A stretch of DNA of 64,000 nucleotides from Acidiferrobacterales bacterium (GCA_048060695.1 JBGMQT010000001.1:29545-93544), one strand, 5' to 3'. Shown: positions 10,250-20,113, counted from the stretch's first letter. A program made the numbers and translations. Notes: a model not told the origin generated them from the sequence alone.

Positions 10250-12597
10250 CCCTGATCTTTGCTGACATCTTCCGTTTTTGGTCGCGTGTCCTTCGTTTCA
10301 ATTTGCACCATCGCCGAATCCGCACTTGAGCTATTGCCAGCACTGCTGCTGACCGGTGCAGCCGACCGCGACACGGAGGTTGTTTTTTCTACGCTGCTGT
10401 TGCCAGGAGATGATGAATGGCCAGCGCTTTTGGCGTTACTAATGTTATTGCCATCGGGTTCTTGTCCGGCGTCACGTTGCCTTTCGACCTGACCCGGGTT
10501 GTGCTCCTTTTGTGGATGTTCACGGTCCTGGGGGCGGGATTTTGCCACCTGTTTTTCTGCAGACTTCGAACTGTCTTTCTGCGGCGACTTTGCCGCATCT
10601 TTTGATTTTTCACTGGCCACTTTTTTCTGGGCTTGTGTGTCTTGACTGCGTCCGCCACGTCCGCGTCCGCCACGTCCGCGTCCGCCACGTCCGCGTCCAC
10701 GTCCGTTTTTGGAACCTTCACTTTGCTGCCCATCCGTGTCCGGTTTTTTCTCGCCACCACCGGCAGTGGTGACAGGCTGTTTTTTCGTCTGCTTAAGGGG
10801 CCTTTGTTGTGAACGGCCCCGTTGCGGCTGGCCGCTACGACCTCGCTGACCGCCGGGTCGATTTCTGCCGGGTCGATTTCTGCCGCTGCCAGTTCGTGGT
10901 TTCTTTTTCTCACCGGCCCCAAATAACGCCTTGAGCAAACGCGACAACAATCCTGCCTTGGGTTTTGGGACACGTTTGGGTACGGTTCCACGGGGAGCCA
11001 ACTGGCCCACAGCAGGTTTTTCACTGGTAGCTGCCTTTGTTATTCCGGGAACCGGCTCAGCTGCTACCTCGCCATGTTCCATTTCAATTTTGTAGCTGGG
11101 TATATCGTCCTCGGCATCTACATCTTCGCTGCGCAAACGTCGTATGCGGTAGTGTGGTGTCTCCATGTCTGCAGTTGGAATGATGTAAATTGGTGTCGCC
11201 AGTCGCGTCTCCATCGTATTCAGTTCGTGACGTTTTTCATTCAACAGGTAAGTCGCCGTCGCAAGGGGTAGATGAACATGCAACGTTGCGGTGTTCTCTT
11301 TCATCGCTTCTTCTTGCACCAGACGCAGAATGTGAAGCCCGGAAGACTGCACGCCACGAATATGGCCAGTACCGCTACAGCGCGGGCAGACGAGGCTGGA
11401 AGCTTCACCGAGTGATGGACGTAGCCGTTGACGCGACATTTCTAGCAATCCAAAACGGGATATGCGACCAACTTGTACCCGGGCACGATCGAAGCGCAGC
11501 GCTTCATTCAATCGCTGTTCGACGGCGCGTTGATTGCGTGTCGGCGTCATATCGATGAAGTCGATAACAACCAAGCCACCGAGATCACGCAGACGCAATT
11601 GCAGAGACACTTCTTCCGCCGCTTCCAGGTTGGTATTCAGCGCCGTTTCTTCAATATCGGCACCTTTTGTTGCGCGGGCCGAGTTTACATCAATGCTAAT
11701 CATGGCCTCGGTGCGATCAAATACTATTGACCCCCCGGACGCCAATTGTACTTCGCGCGAGAATGCGGACTCGATCTGATGTTCAATCTGGAAACGTGAA
11801 AACAGTGGCGTGTCTTCACTGTGTAACTTTAATTTTTCAACATTGTGCGGCGTAACTTCTTCCATGAACTTCAACATACGCTCGTAAACATCCGGGTTAT
11901 CGACAACAATTTCGTTGATGTCCGGGCGCAGATAGTCACGAATGGTGCGCACCACAAGATTGCTTTCCTGATAAATAAGAATCGGTGCAGGTTTTTCCGC
12001 AGCCGTGGAAATAGCGGTCCAGAGATGAATCAAGTAGTCCAGATCCCATTGTAATTCTTCCGGGCTTTTCCCCAGACCGGCGGTGCGCGCGATAACAGCG
12101 CAATCCTCCGGTACTTCCAGTTGGGCCATGGCCTCACGCAGTTCGGCGCGTTCTTCACCTTCGATACGGCGTGAAATGCCGCCGCCTTTGGGATTGTTTG
12201 GCATTAGCACCATGTAGCGGCCAGCGAGACTGACAAAGGTTGTCAGAGCAGCACCTTTCGTACCACGTTCCTCTTTTTCAACCTGGACAATGAGCTCCTG
12301 GCCTTCCTGGATCACGTCCTTGATCCGCACTTGCGACATTGGAGTGCCTTCCGGAAGATTGTTGAAGTAGATACGTGAGATTTCTTTTAACGGCAGGAAA
12401 CCCTGACGCTCCATACCATAGTCAACGAAGGCGGCTTCCAGGCTGGGTTCCACCCGGGTGACCTTGCCTTTGTATACGTTGCCTTTCTTTTGCTGGTATG
12501 CGGTAGATTCGATGTCGAGATCGAGCAGACGCTGACCATCGACAATGGCGAGACGCAACTCCTCGGAATGAGTCGCGTTAAACAAAATACGTTTCAT
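10246..12597 (-). CDS. rne: Ribonuclease E
   Basis: 783 aa with N-terminus 'MKRILFNATHSEELRLAIVDGQRLLDLDIES' and the Zn-link 'CPRCSGTG'. The C-terminal half is Arg/Pro/Gly-rich and low-complexity. The gene is divergent from rluC, as in E. coli. Confidence 0.95.
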   Translation of the reverse strand: MKRILFNATHSEELRLAIVDGQRLLDLDIESTAYQQKKGNVYKGKVTRVEPSLEAAFVDYGMERQGFLPLKEISRIYFNNLPEGTPMSQVRIKDVIQEGQELIVQVEKEERGTKGAALTTFVSLAGRYMVLMPNNPKGGGISRRIEGEERAELREAMAQLEVPEDCAVIARTAGLGKSPEELQWDLDYLIHLWTAISTAAEKPAPILIYQESNLVVRTIRDYLRPDINEIVVDNPDVYERMLKFMEEVTPHNVEKLKLHSEDTPLFSRFQIEHQIESAFSREVQLASGGSIVFDRTEAMISIDVNSARATKGADIEETALNTNLEAAEEVSLQLRLRDLGGLVVIDFIDMTPTRNQRAVEQRLNEALRFDRARVQVGRISRFGLLEMSRQRLRPSLGEASSLVCPRCSGTGHIRGVQSSGLHILRLVQEEAMKENTATLHVHLPLATATYLLNEKRHELNTMETRLATPIYIIPTADMETPHYRIRRLRSEDVDAEDDIPSYKIEMEHGEVAAEPVPGITKAATSEKPAVGQLAPRGTVPKRVPKPKAGLLSRLLKALFGAGEKKKPRTGSGRNRPGRNRPGGQRGRSGQPQRGRSQQRPLKQTKKQPVTTAGGGEKKPDTDGQQSEGSKNGRGRGRGGRGRGGRGRGGRSQDTQAQKKVASEKSKDAAKSPQKDSSKSAEKQVAKSRPQDREHPQKEHNPGQVERQRDAGQEPDGNNISNAKSAGHSSSPGNSSVEKTTSVSRSAAPVSSSAGNSSSADSAMVQIETKDTRPKTEDVSKDQG
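10651..10705 (-). repeat. 15-bp tandem repeat (about 3.5 copies) inside the rne C-terminal scaffold
   Basis: 'tccgccacgtccgcg' is repeated head-to-tail. It encodes the GRGRGGRGRGGRGRGG tract. Confidence 0.8.
10853..10882 (-). repeat. 15-bp perfect tandem duplication inside rne
   Basis: 'ccgggtcgatttctg' occurs twice in tandem. It encodes GRNRPGRNRPG. Confidence 0.8.
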
Positions 12598-13025
12598 TGT
12601 AAAATTCCTGGCGCCCCCGGGAGCCTTGCTCTCCTGGTGGGAAGCGCTGCGACTCGCTATACAGCGGGTCGCCGTTTCACAACATTTAGCGTGGCAATGT
12701 TGTTTATTGCGGCAATGTTGTGAAACGCTGCGCTCCAGGCAGAATTGCCGCCTGGGGCCGCCTTAATTCATTGTGTCACTCTGACAGGGGAGTGACGCTA
12801 AACCCTTTCTTTACACCCGGGGCCATTCGCAGTAATGCCGGCCTGTGAATCGCGAGTCGTCTTGTTGGTCGCCGATTTCCGGGGTCGCCTGGTTTATAGT
12901 CCAGGCAAAAAAACCTTTTTTACCGTATTGTTAGCGCGATTTCTTAAACCACCATCTGCGGTTACTGCGCTGCACCAGACTATAACAGCGTCGGCCCGCC
13001 GGGACAATCTGTTAAACTGACCCTG
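12598..13025 (-). promoter_or_regulatory. Long structured rne leader / rne-rluC divergent control region
   Basis: 428-nt gap containing a perfect 14-bp stem (12673-12686 pairing with 12714-12727), a second copy of the 3'-arm core at 12694-12703, and a 7-bp hairpin (12775-12781 / 12790-12796). E. coli rne is known to have a long autoregulatory 5' UTR. Confidence 0.5.
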
Positions 13026-13997
13026 ATGACAAATAGGCAACAATCTCAAGGAGATAGCGGCGTAAAAGTTCGATTTATCGAAATCGCAGATGAGGATGCC
13101 GGCCAGCGTCTGGACAATTATTTGCGGCGTTTTCTCAAAGGCGTGCCCAAGAGCCATATCTACCGCATTGTTCGTATGGGTCAGGTGCGCATCAATAAGG
13201 GCAGATCGAAGCCGGACTATCGGCTGCAAACAGGGGATATTGTTCGGATTCCCCCGGTGAGAACAGCGACGCGCCAGGCGCCGCCCAAAGCTGACGGTCT
13301 GGAGTGGCTGAATGCACGCGTTCTGTTTGAAGATGATGATCTGCTGGCAATCGACAAACCATCGGGTCTGGCTGTGCACGGTGGCAGCGGTATCCATCTG
13401 GGTTTGATTGAAGCGTTACGCCAGCTAAGACCACAATGTCGTTTTCTGGAGTTGGTACATCGGCTCGATCGCGGTACCTCTGGGGTATTGTTAATCGCTA
13501 AACACCGCCCGGTATTGCGCCAGTTACATGAGCAACTGCGTAACAACCAGATTCAGAAACGATACACGGCCTTGTTGCAGGGCAACTGGACCGGCAAGGG
13601 TCAACGGCTGGAAGTTGCGTTGGAAAAGAATCAGCAACAGTCGGGAGAACGAATGGTCAGGGTTAGCGAAACAGGTAAAACTGCCATCAGCCGGTTTACA
13701 CCGCGGAAAAATTTTTCACATAGCAACCTCGACGCGACCCTGGTGGAGATCAAATTGATCACGGGACGCACCCATCAGGCAAGGGTGCATGCTGCGCATC
13801 TGGGGAGACCCATTGCCGGTGACGATAAATATGGTGATAAAAATTTCAACGGCACAATGAAGCGATTGGGGTTAAAGCGACTGTTTTTGCATGCGGCTAA
13901 ATTGACATTCACCCACCCCGCCAAGGATTGCAAAGTGTATATTGAAGCCCCATTGCCTGAAGACCTGACTAGCGTATTGGAAAAATTGACTAAATGA
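13026..13997 (+). CDS. rluC: 23S rRNA pseudouridine synthase RluC
   Basis: 323 aa with an S4-like N-terminus and the RluA-family motif 'HRLDRGTSGVLLIAK'. Divergent from rne. Confidence 0.85.
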   Translation: MTNRQQSQGDSGVKVRFIEIADEDAGQRLDNYLRRFLKGVPKSHIYRIVRMGQVRINKGRSKPDYRLQTGDIVRIPPVRTATRQAPPKADGLEWLNARVLFEDDDLLAIDKPSGLAVHGGSGIHLGLIEALRQLRPQCRFLELVHRLDRGTSGVLLIAKHRPVLRQLHEQLRNNQIQKRYTALLQGNWTGKGQRLEVALEKNQQQSGERMVRVSETGKTAISRFTPRKNFSHSNLDATLVEIKLITGRTHQARVHAAHLGRPIAGDDKYGDKNFNGTMKRLGLKRLFLHAAKLTFTHPAKDCKVYIEAPLPEDLTSVLEKLTK

Positions 13998-14647
13998 CGC
14001 GTCGATTTGATCTCGTGATTTTCGATTGGGACGGAACTCTGATGGATTCCGAGGCCAAGATTGTACGATGCTTTCAGGGGGCTGCAAAGGATGCCGGCGC
14101 ACCTTATCCCGGAGATGCTGCTGTAAGTAATATTATCGGTCTGGGGCTGGAGGAGGCCATTAACGAAATTTTCCCCAAGTCTGATGCAAGCATGCGTGAG
14201 GCGGTACTCGAGGCTTATCGGGATCATTTTCTGGTGCACGACAATACCGCAATGCCGCTATTTACGGGGGTAGCCGAAGGTCTGGCCGACATGGCAAACA
14301 TGGGTTACCAGATGGCGGTAGCTACCGGCAAGGCGCGGCGCGGTCTAAACCGTGTTCTGAGGGACTCCCCGCTGAAAGAATTTTTCACTATTACGCGTTG
14401 CGCAGATGAAACTCGATCTAAACCGCATCCCTTGATGCTGGAAGAAATCATTCTTGAAACCGGCATATCACGACAACGAACAATTATGGTAGGCGACACC
14501 GTGTACGATCTGGAAATGGCTAAAAATGCCGGTATAGATTCTCTGGCCGTGAGCTACGGGGTCCACCCTTGCGATCGGCTCGCGGAGTACACGATATATC
14601 AATGTATGCATTCCTTCGGAGATGTCCGTAACTGGTTTTGTCAGTAA
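13994..14647 (+). CDS. HAD-superfamily hydrolase (phosphoglycolate phosphatase-like)
   Basis: HAD motif I 'VIFDWDGTLMDS' and motif IV 'MVGDTVYDLEMAKNAG'. 4-nt overlap with rluC. Confidence 0.7.
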   Translation: MTRRFDLVIFDWDGTLMDSEAKIVRCFQGAAKDAGAPYPGDAAVSNIIGLGLEEAINEIFPKSDASMREAVLEAYRDHFLVHDNTAMPLFTGVAEGLADMANMGYQMAVATGKARRGLNRVLRDSPLKEFFTITRCADETRSKPHPLMLEEIILETGISRQRTIMVGDTVYDLEMAKNAGIDSLAVSYGVHPCDRLAEYTIYQCMHSFGDVRNWFCQ

Positions 14648-15045
14648 GAGAGAAACAAGTAGTTTGCGCTTCCGCGCTCGTGACGGAAAAGGGCAGTGGC
14701 TACCGGTTTTACGTCAAAACCGGAGTTCGCACCCTGCCGGCCTTTGTTATTCGCCATGATGGCGCACCTCGCGCTTATCTAAACCAGTGTGCCCATATGT
14801 CGGTTGAGCTGGATTGGCAGAAAGGAGAATTTTTTGACACGGATAAAAATTACCTCATGTGCGCGACCCACGGTGCACTCTATTATCCCGATACCGGTGC
14901 GTGCGCGTACGGTCGATGTGATAATCGCGGCTTGGTGGCGATTGATGTCACGGAAACAGGCGGAGAAATCCTGTTATGTGATGAAAATGGGATACACTTA
15001 GCATCAGGACCCCCGGAACCTGAAAAACGATCATGCGATGACTGA
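14638..15045 (+). CDS. Rieske [2Fe-2S] domain protein
   Basis: 'CAHM...' and 'CATHG' give the CxH...CxxH ligand pattern. The TTG start is uncertain. Confidence 0.75.
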   Translation: MSVREKQVVCASALVTEKGSGYRFYVKTGVRTLPAFVIRHDGAPRAYLNQCAHMSVELDWQKGEFFDTDKNYLMCATHGALYYPDTGACAYGRCDNRGLVAIDVTETGGEILLCDENGIHLASGPPEPEKRSCDD

Positions 15046-16033
15046 AAACTCTGCAGAAAACGGGCGCCTGCCAAACGAAAGCCTGTCCCGGGAGTCTCGC
15101 CAGGATTGGGAACGCAATGCGATGGAGCGCATTCTGCTTGCCTCTATCGATGAACAACGCAAGGCAAGGCGCTGGGGAATATTTTTCAAGCTTTTCTTCG
15201 TCGCTTATCTGGTACTGATCCTGATACTGGCCCAATCCAGCGGTATCGGCGAAAAACCGGCAGCGGGAAATTTTACCGCGCTTGTTGACCTTGAAGGCGT
15301 TATTGCGCCTGGTCGCACCGCCAGTGCCGACAATATCATTTCCGGTTTGCGTAAGGCGTTTGAGAGTAAGGCCAAGGCGGTAATTATTCGCGCCAACAGC
15401 CCCGGTGGCACCACTGTGCAGTCGGCCTACATTAGCGACGAGGTGCGCCGGCTGAAGAAAAAATATCCCGATAAACCTGTTTACGGCGTGATAAGTGATG
15501 TCTGCGCTTCGGGCTGTTATTACATTATCTCGGGAGTCGATAAAATTTATGCCAACCCGTCCAGTATTGTCGGGTCGATTGGCGTATTGCTCGATGGCGG
15601 ATTCGGTTTTACCAAAGTGATGAAAAAGATCGGTGTCGAGAGACGCTTGTTTACAGCGGGTCAATATAAGGGATCGTTTGACCCGTTCTCTCCGCTCAAA
15701 CCAGGCGACAAACGCAGTGTAGAAAAAATGTTACGCGAAGTGCATCAGCAATTTATTACCGCTGTTCGCAGTGGCCGCGGCAAGACCCTGAAAGAAACAA
15801 AAGACACCTTTAGTGGTCGTTTCTGGAGCGGCGAAACCGCTAAAAAAATGGGCCTGGTGGATGAGTTTGGATCATCCTCGTTTGTCGCCCGTGAGGTGGT
15901 AGGTGCCGACAAAATAGTCGACTTTACATACCGGCCTGGCTGGCTGGACCGTTTTGCCACCAAACTTGGCGCTTCGGTAGGCGGAACTTTGATCACATCG
16001 TTGAGAAAATCTAACGTGAGCCCGACACAGTAG
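15038..16033 (+). CDS. sppA: Signal peptide peptidase SppA (S49 family, 36K type)
   Basis: 331 aa with an N-terminal TM and S49 core motifs 'IRANSPGG' and 'CASGCYYI'. Confidence 0.8.
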   Translation: MTENSAENGRLPNESLSRESRQDWERNAMERILLASIDEQRKARRWGIFFKLFFVAYLVLILILAQSSGIGEKPAAGNFTALVDLEGVIAPGRTASADNIISGLRKAFESKAKAVIIRANSPGGTTVQSAYISDEVRRLKKKYPDKPVYGVISDVCASGCYYIISGVDKIYANPSSIVGSIGVLLDGGFGFTKVMKKIGVERRLFTAGQYKGSFDPFSPLKPGDKRSVEKMLREVHQQFITAVRSGRGKTLKETKDTFSGRFWSGETAKKMGLVDEFGSSSFVAREVVGADKIVDFTYRPGWLDRFATKLGASVGGTLITSLRKSNVSPTQ

Positions 16034-16072
16034 TTTCAGTATCGCTGTAACCGGGTATTATAAAAAATATTT

Positions 16073-16657
16073 TTAGTTGCCAGCTAATGGCGATAGTCCT
16101 TCGCGCTCAAGCATACTCACCAACTGGATTAACGGAAGGCCCACCAGGGAGTTGGGATCATCTCCCTCAAAGCGCTGCAGCAGTGATATCCCCAGTCCCT
16201 CTGATTTAACACTACCCGCGCAATCGTAAGGCTGTTCCTTGCGCAAATAGGTCTCGATCTGCTCATCAGTCAACTTGCGAAAAACCACGCGATAGGGAAC
16301 TACCTCGGACTGTATCGTAAGGGTATTACTATTGATCAGCGCGAGACCGGTATAAAGCGTAATTGTGTTGCCGGATGCGCGACGCAGTTGTTCCACTGCA
16401 TGATCATGGTCACGCGGTTTCCCGACTATCTCATTGTCATACACGGCAACCTGATCCGAACCGATCACCAGGGCATGATCGATTGTGTCGGCAACGACCC
16501 TGGCTTTGGCGATTGCCAGTCGTTCTACCAGGGCTTGCGGGCTCTCGTTGGCTAGCGGGGTCTCATCAATATCTGGCGCAACAACCTGAAAGGGAAGCTG
16601 GAGGCGTTCCAGCAATACCCGGCGGTAAGGAGAAGTGGAAGCGAGGATGATCTTCAT
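16073..16657 (-). CDS. Maf-like nucleoside triphosphate pyrophosphatase (YceF type)
   Basis: 194 aa starting 'MKIILASTSPYRRVLLERL'. Maf family length and motifs. Confidence 0.85.
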   Translation of the reverse strand: MKIILASTSPYRRVLLERLQLPFQVVAPDIDETPLANESPQALVERLAIAKARVVADTIDHALVIGSDQVAVYDNEIVGKPRDHDHAVEQLRRASGNTITLYTGLALINSNTLTIQSEVVPYRVVFRKLTDEQIETYLRKEQPYDCAGSVKSEGLGISLLQRFEGDDPNSLVGLPLIQLVSMLEREGLSPLAGN

Positions 16658-16830
16658 GATGAGGTGTTGTTAATATAGACACTCAACGCAGAGGCGCGAC
16701 GACACTGAGTAAAGAAAAGATATAGGGCTAGCTAAAAGCCGGCCTTAAAATGTATTTTACTCATTAATAACGGTCCGAGGGACTGCCATTAAGAATGACT
16801 CTGCGCCTCAGCGCCGGGTGTTTCAAGGTA

Positions 16831-18675
16831 TTATTCAATCTCCATCAACGCTTCGTCGGGATTGACGCTGTCACCCTTGCTTACATTAATGACCTTGATT
16901 GTACCGCTGACTGGAGCCGGTACTTCATTTTCCATTTTCATGGCTTCAATAACAAGAACGGAATCTCCAGCAGTTACCTTGTCGCCTTCCGCCACCATTA
17001 CCTCCACTATCGTACCGGGCATGGAACTGGTCACATGACCTTCTTTGGTTGCCTTGGGCCGTTTTGACCCCTTGGAAATGCGATCAGTATCCACCATACC
17101 GCTTTGGGTTGGCACGGTTTCCTGCAAAGATTCGAGTAAGATTTCTTCTGGTACCCCGTCCACCGTAAGATAAAATGGTCGCTCGTCATCGCTACGGTGT
17201 CCCGCACCCGTCACCTTGATATGGTAAGTCTCGCCATGCAGGGTGACATTGAAATCCGTCGGCGCCAGCGATAGCGCGCCGCCAGCACCATTGCCATCGT
17301 GCGGTGGTAAAAGCTGTTCCGGTTGCAATGTGCCGCTGGCCCGTTCCTCCAGAAAAATTCTACCCACATCCGGAAACATGGCATAGGTCAGCACATCTTC
17401 TTCCGACAGGGCCAGCTTGCCGACCTCCTCCCGTAGACGATCCATTTCTGGCTCCAGTTTATCGGCCGGTCGGCAGGTAATTACTTCTTCGTTGCCAATG
17501 GCCATGTTGCGTACAGTATCGTTAATTTCGCCTGGCGCCTTACCGTAGCGACCCTGTAGATAGAGCTTCACTTCGTTGGTAATACTTTTATAACGCTGGC
17601 CGGTAATGACGTTCAATACTGCCTGGGTGCCGACAATTTGCGATGTCGGTGTTACCAGGGGCGGGTACCCCAGGTCTTCGCGCACGCGGGGAATTTCGGC
17701 CAGTACGTCGTTCATTTTATCAAGCGCGCCTTGTTCCTTGAGCTGGTGAGAAAGGTTGGAAATCATGCCACCGGGAATCTGGTTAATCTGTACTCGTGTA
17801 TCAATACCCGTGAACTCACTCTCGTATTGATGGTATTTCTTTCGTACTTCGTGGAAGTAAGCACCGATATCCTGCAAGGCTTCAACGTCGAGACCGGTGT
17901 CATAGTCGGTATCCTTGAAGGCAACAACCATACTTTCGGTGGGCGAATGACTGGTGCCCCAGGAGAAAGGGCTCATGACAGTATCCACTTGACGTGCGCC
18001 ATTCTTGACTGCTTCCCACATGGCGATATTGGCCACACCGGCGGTGGTGTGAGAGTGGAAATGCAGTGGCAATTTGACTGCCTTTGACAGTGCCGCGAAC
18101 AGCTCACCGGACCCTTGTGGTGTCAGCAGACCGGCCATATCCTTAATGCAAATGCTGTGACAACCCATGACTTCGAGCTTTTTTGCGTGCTCGACGAAAA
18201 ACTCAACAGTATGTACCGGGCTGACGGTATAGGAAATCGCACCTTGTGCGTGCTTGCCGCCGGCAACTACCGCCTTGATCGACGTCTCCATGTTCCGTAT
18301 GTCATTCATTGCATCAAAAATACGGAAAACATCAACGCCATTCTCGGCAGCCTTGGCAACGAAAGCCTCGACTACATCGTCTGAATAGTGGCGATATCCC
18401 AACAGGTTCTGTCCCCGTAACAACATCTGGATGGGTGTATTGGGCAGAGTCGCTTTTAACTGGCGCAGACGCTCCCACGGGTCTTCCTTGAGAAAACGCA
18501 GGCAGGCGTCAAACGTGGCGCCGCCCCATGCCTCAAGTGACCAGAATCCAATGGCATCCATTTTGCCGCAAATTGGCAGCATATCTTCGGTGCGCATGCG
18601 CGTGGCGATCAACGACTGATGCCCGTCACGCAAGGTTAGGTCAGTAACAAGTACTCTATTTTTTTTCTTGGCCAT
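16831..18675 (-). CDS. pycB: Pyruvate carboxylase subunit B (carboxyltransferase plus biotinyl carrier)
   Basis: HMGL-like motif 'TDLTLRDGHQS' plus a C-terminal biotinyl motif 'EAMKMENE'. Start trimmed to ATG 18675 (MAKKKNRVLV). It is paired with a biotin carboxylase and no oadB/oadG genes are present. Confidence 0.75.
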   Translation of the reverse strand: MAKKKNRVLVTDLTLRDGHQSLIATRMRTEDMLPICGKMDAIGFWSLEAWGGATFDACLRFLKEDPWERLRQLKATLPNTPIQMLLRGQNLLGYRHYSDDVVEAFVAKAAENGVDVFRIFDAMNDIRNMETSIKAVVAGGKHAQGAISYTVSPVHTVEFFVEHAKKLEVMGCHSICIKDMAGLLTPQGSGELFAALSKAVKLPLHFHSHTTAGVANIAMWEAVKNGARQVDTVMSPFSWGTSHSPTESMVVAFKDTDYDTGLDVEALQDIGAYFHEVRKKYHQYESEFTGIDTRVQINQIPGGMISNLSHQLKEQGALDKMNDVLAEIPRVREDLGYPPLVTPTSQIVGTQAVLNVITGQRYKSITNEVKLYLQGRYGKAPGEINDTVRNMAIGNEEVITCRPADKLEPEMDRLREEVGKLALSEEDVLTYAMFPDVGRIFLEERASGTLQPEQLLPPHDGNGAGGALSLAPTDFNVTLHGETYHIKVTGAGHRSDDERPFYLTVDGVPEEILLESLQETVPTQSGMVDTDRISKGSKRPKATKEGHVTSSMPGTIVEVMVAEGDKVTAGDSVLVIEAMKMENEVPAPVSGTIKVINVSKGDSVNPDEALMEIE

Positions 18676-18694
18676 AAATTTGTATATTGCCCTG

Positions 18695-20113
18695 TTACAC
18701 GCCGTGGTGTGCGGCAATGGCAGCGGCAATGGCAGCGGCCAGGTCAGCAGGCGGTCGTCGGATGGAGTAGTTTACCAGTTCCGGATGTTGTTCCACGAAA
18801 CTGGTGTCAAAATTCCCGGCCCGGAATTCCGGTGTTTTCAGGATTTCCAGATGAAACGGCTTGGTGGTTTTGACACCGTACAATCCCACGTCTTTGAGAG
18901 CGCGGCTGGCGCGAGCCAGCAATTGATCCCAGGTCAGCGCCCACACGGTGAGTTTGGCGCACAGGGAATCGTAATAAGGTGGAAATACATAACCCGTATA
19001 TATGGCGGCGTCGGTGCGCACGCCCGGCCCACCAGCAGAATAATAGCGTGTGATGCGGCCAAAGTTGGGCAGGAAATCGTTCTTCGGGTCTTCTGCATTA
19101 ATACGGAACTGGGCGGCAAAACCACGCATTGTAATTTGCTGCTGGTGATAGGACAGGGGATTGCCACTGGCAATCGATATCTGCTCCTGAACAATGTCGA
19201 TACCAGTAACCTGCTCGGTGATGGTGTGCTCTACCTGCAGGCGTGTATTCATTTCCATGAAATAGAAAGTGCCTTCGTTATCGAGCAGGAATTCTACGGT
19301 ACCGGCATTTTCATAACGCACTGCCTGAGCGGCCTTTATCGCCAGTTCGCATACGTGGTTTCGTTGCTTATTATTAAGTTGAGGCGAGGGCGCAATCTCC
19401 ACCAGCTTCTGGTGGCGACGTTGAATAGAGCAGTCGCGCTCGTAGAGGTGGATCACATTGCCATCACTATCGCCAAGGACCTGAACTTCTATATGGCGAG
19501 GATTGACGATGCATTTCTCCAGAAAGACGTCCGCTGAGCCAAAGGCCTTGGTGGCCTCGGAAACCACGCGCTCGTAGTTATTTTCCAACTCGTCCTTGCT
19601 GTCGCAGCGACGAATACCGCGACCGCCGCCACCGGAAGTGGCTTTCAGCATCACGGGATAACCGATCCCCTCAGCAATTGACAGCGCTTCATCAAGGTTC
19701 GCGATATTTTCTTCGGTACCGGGCACCACCGGCACACCGGCAGCAATCATGGCCTTACGCGCTTCAGTCTTGTCACCCATGCGCCGGATAACATCAGCAC
19801 CGGGGCCAATGAAAGTGATATTGCGACGTTTGCAGATATCGGCCAGTAAGGGATTTTCTGACAGGAAACCATAACCCGGATGCAGCGCATCACAACCTGC
19901 TGTTACCGCAATGTTCACGATTCGGTGGGCGTTGAGGTAGCCACCGACCGGGTCCGGGCCGATATTGTAGGCTTCGGTGGCCTTTTTAACGTGTAAAGCG
20001 TGGCGATCCGCATCAGAATAGATGGCCACAGACTTGATACCCATTTCGGCACAAGCGCGCACAATACGTACGGCAATCTCGCCGCGGTTTGCTATCAGTA
20101 TCTTGTTGATCAA
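18695..20113 (-). CDS. pycA: Pyruvate carboxylase subunit A (biotin carboxylase)
   Basis: 472 aa, ATP-grasp biotin carboxylase with 'KILIANRGEIAVRI' and 'MEMNTRLQVEH'. It ends 19 nt upstream of the pycB start. Confidence 0.8.
   Translation of the reverse strand: MINKILIANRGEIAVRIVRACAEMGIKSVAIYSDADRHALHVKKATEAYNIGPDPVGGYLNAHRIVNIAVTAGCDALHPGYGFLSENPLLADICKRRNITFIGPGADVIRRMGDKTEARKAMIAAGVPVVPGTEENIANLDEALSIAEGIGYPVMLKATSGGGGRGIRRCDSKDELENNYERVVSEATKAFGSADVFLEKCIVNPRHIEVQVLGDSDGNVIHLYERDCSIQRRHQKLVEIAPSPQLNNKQRNHVCELAIKAAQAVRYENAGTVEFLLDNEGTFYFMEMNTRLQVEHTITEQVTGIDIVQEQISIASGNPLSYHQQQITMRGFAAQFRINAEDPKNDFLPNFGRITRYYSAGGPGVRTDAAIYTGYVFPPYYDSLCAKLTVWALTWDQLLARASRALKDVGLYGVKTTKPFHLEILKTPEFRAGNFDTSFVEQHPELVNYSIRRPPADLAAAIAAAIAAHHGV

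Noticed and set aside
10389-11024. 211-aa ORF on the same strand as rne but in another frame
   Set aside because: It lies entirely inside the repetitive, GC-biased low-complexity region of rne. Its translation (EIDPAEIDPA, DADVADADVADADVAD) simply mirrors the rne repeats. It is a shadow ORF.
14948-15664. 238-aa ORF antisense to sppA
   Set aside because: It is embedded in the sppA coding region and has no family resemblance or RBS evidence.
16831-18675. Alternative call as oxaloacetate decarboxylase alpha subunit (Na+ pump)
   Set aside because: No oadB or oadG membrane subunit genes are adjacent. A biotin carboxylase subunit is encoded immediately upstream, which favours two-subunit pyruvate carboxylase.
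18668-19537. 289-aa ORF antisense to pycA
   Set aside because: It is fully contained within a strongly supported biotin carboxylase gene and has no recognisable motifs. This is a typical antisense shadow ORF.
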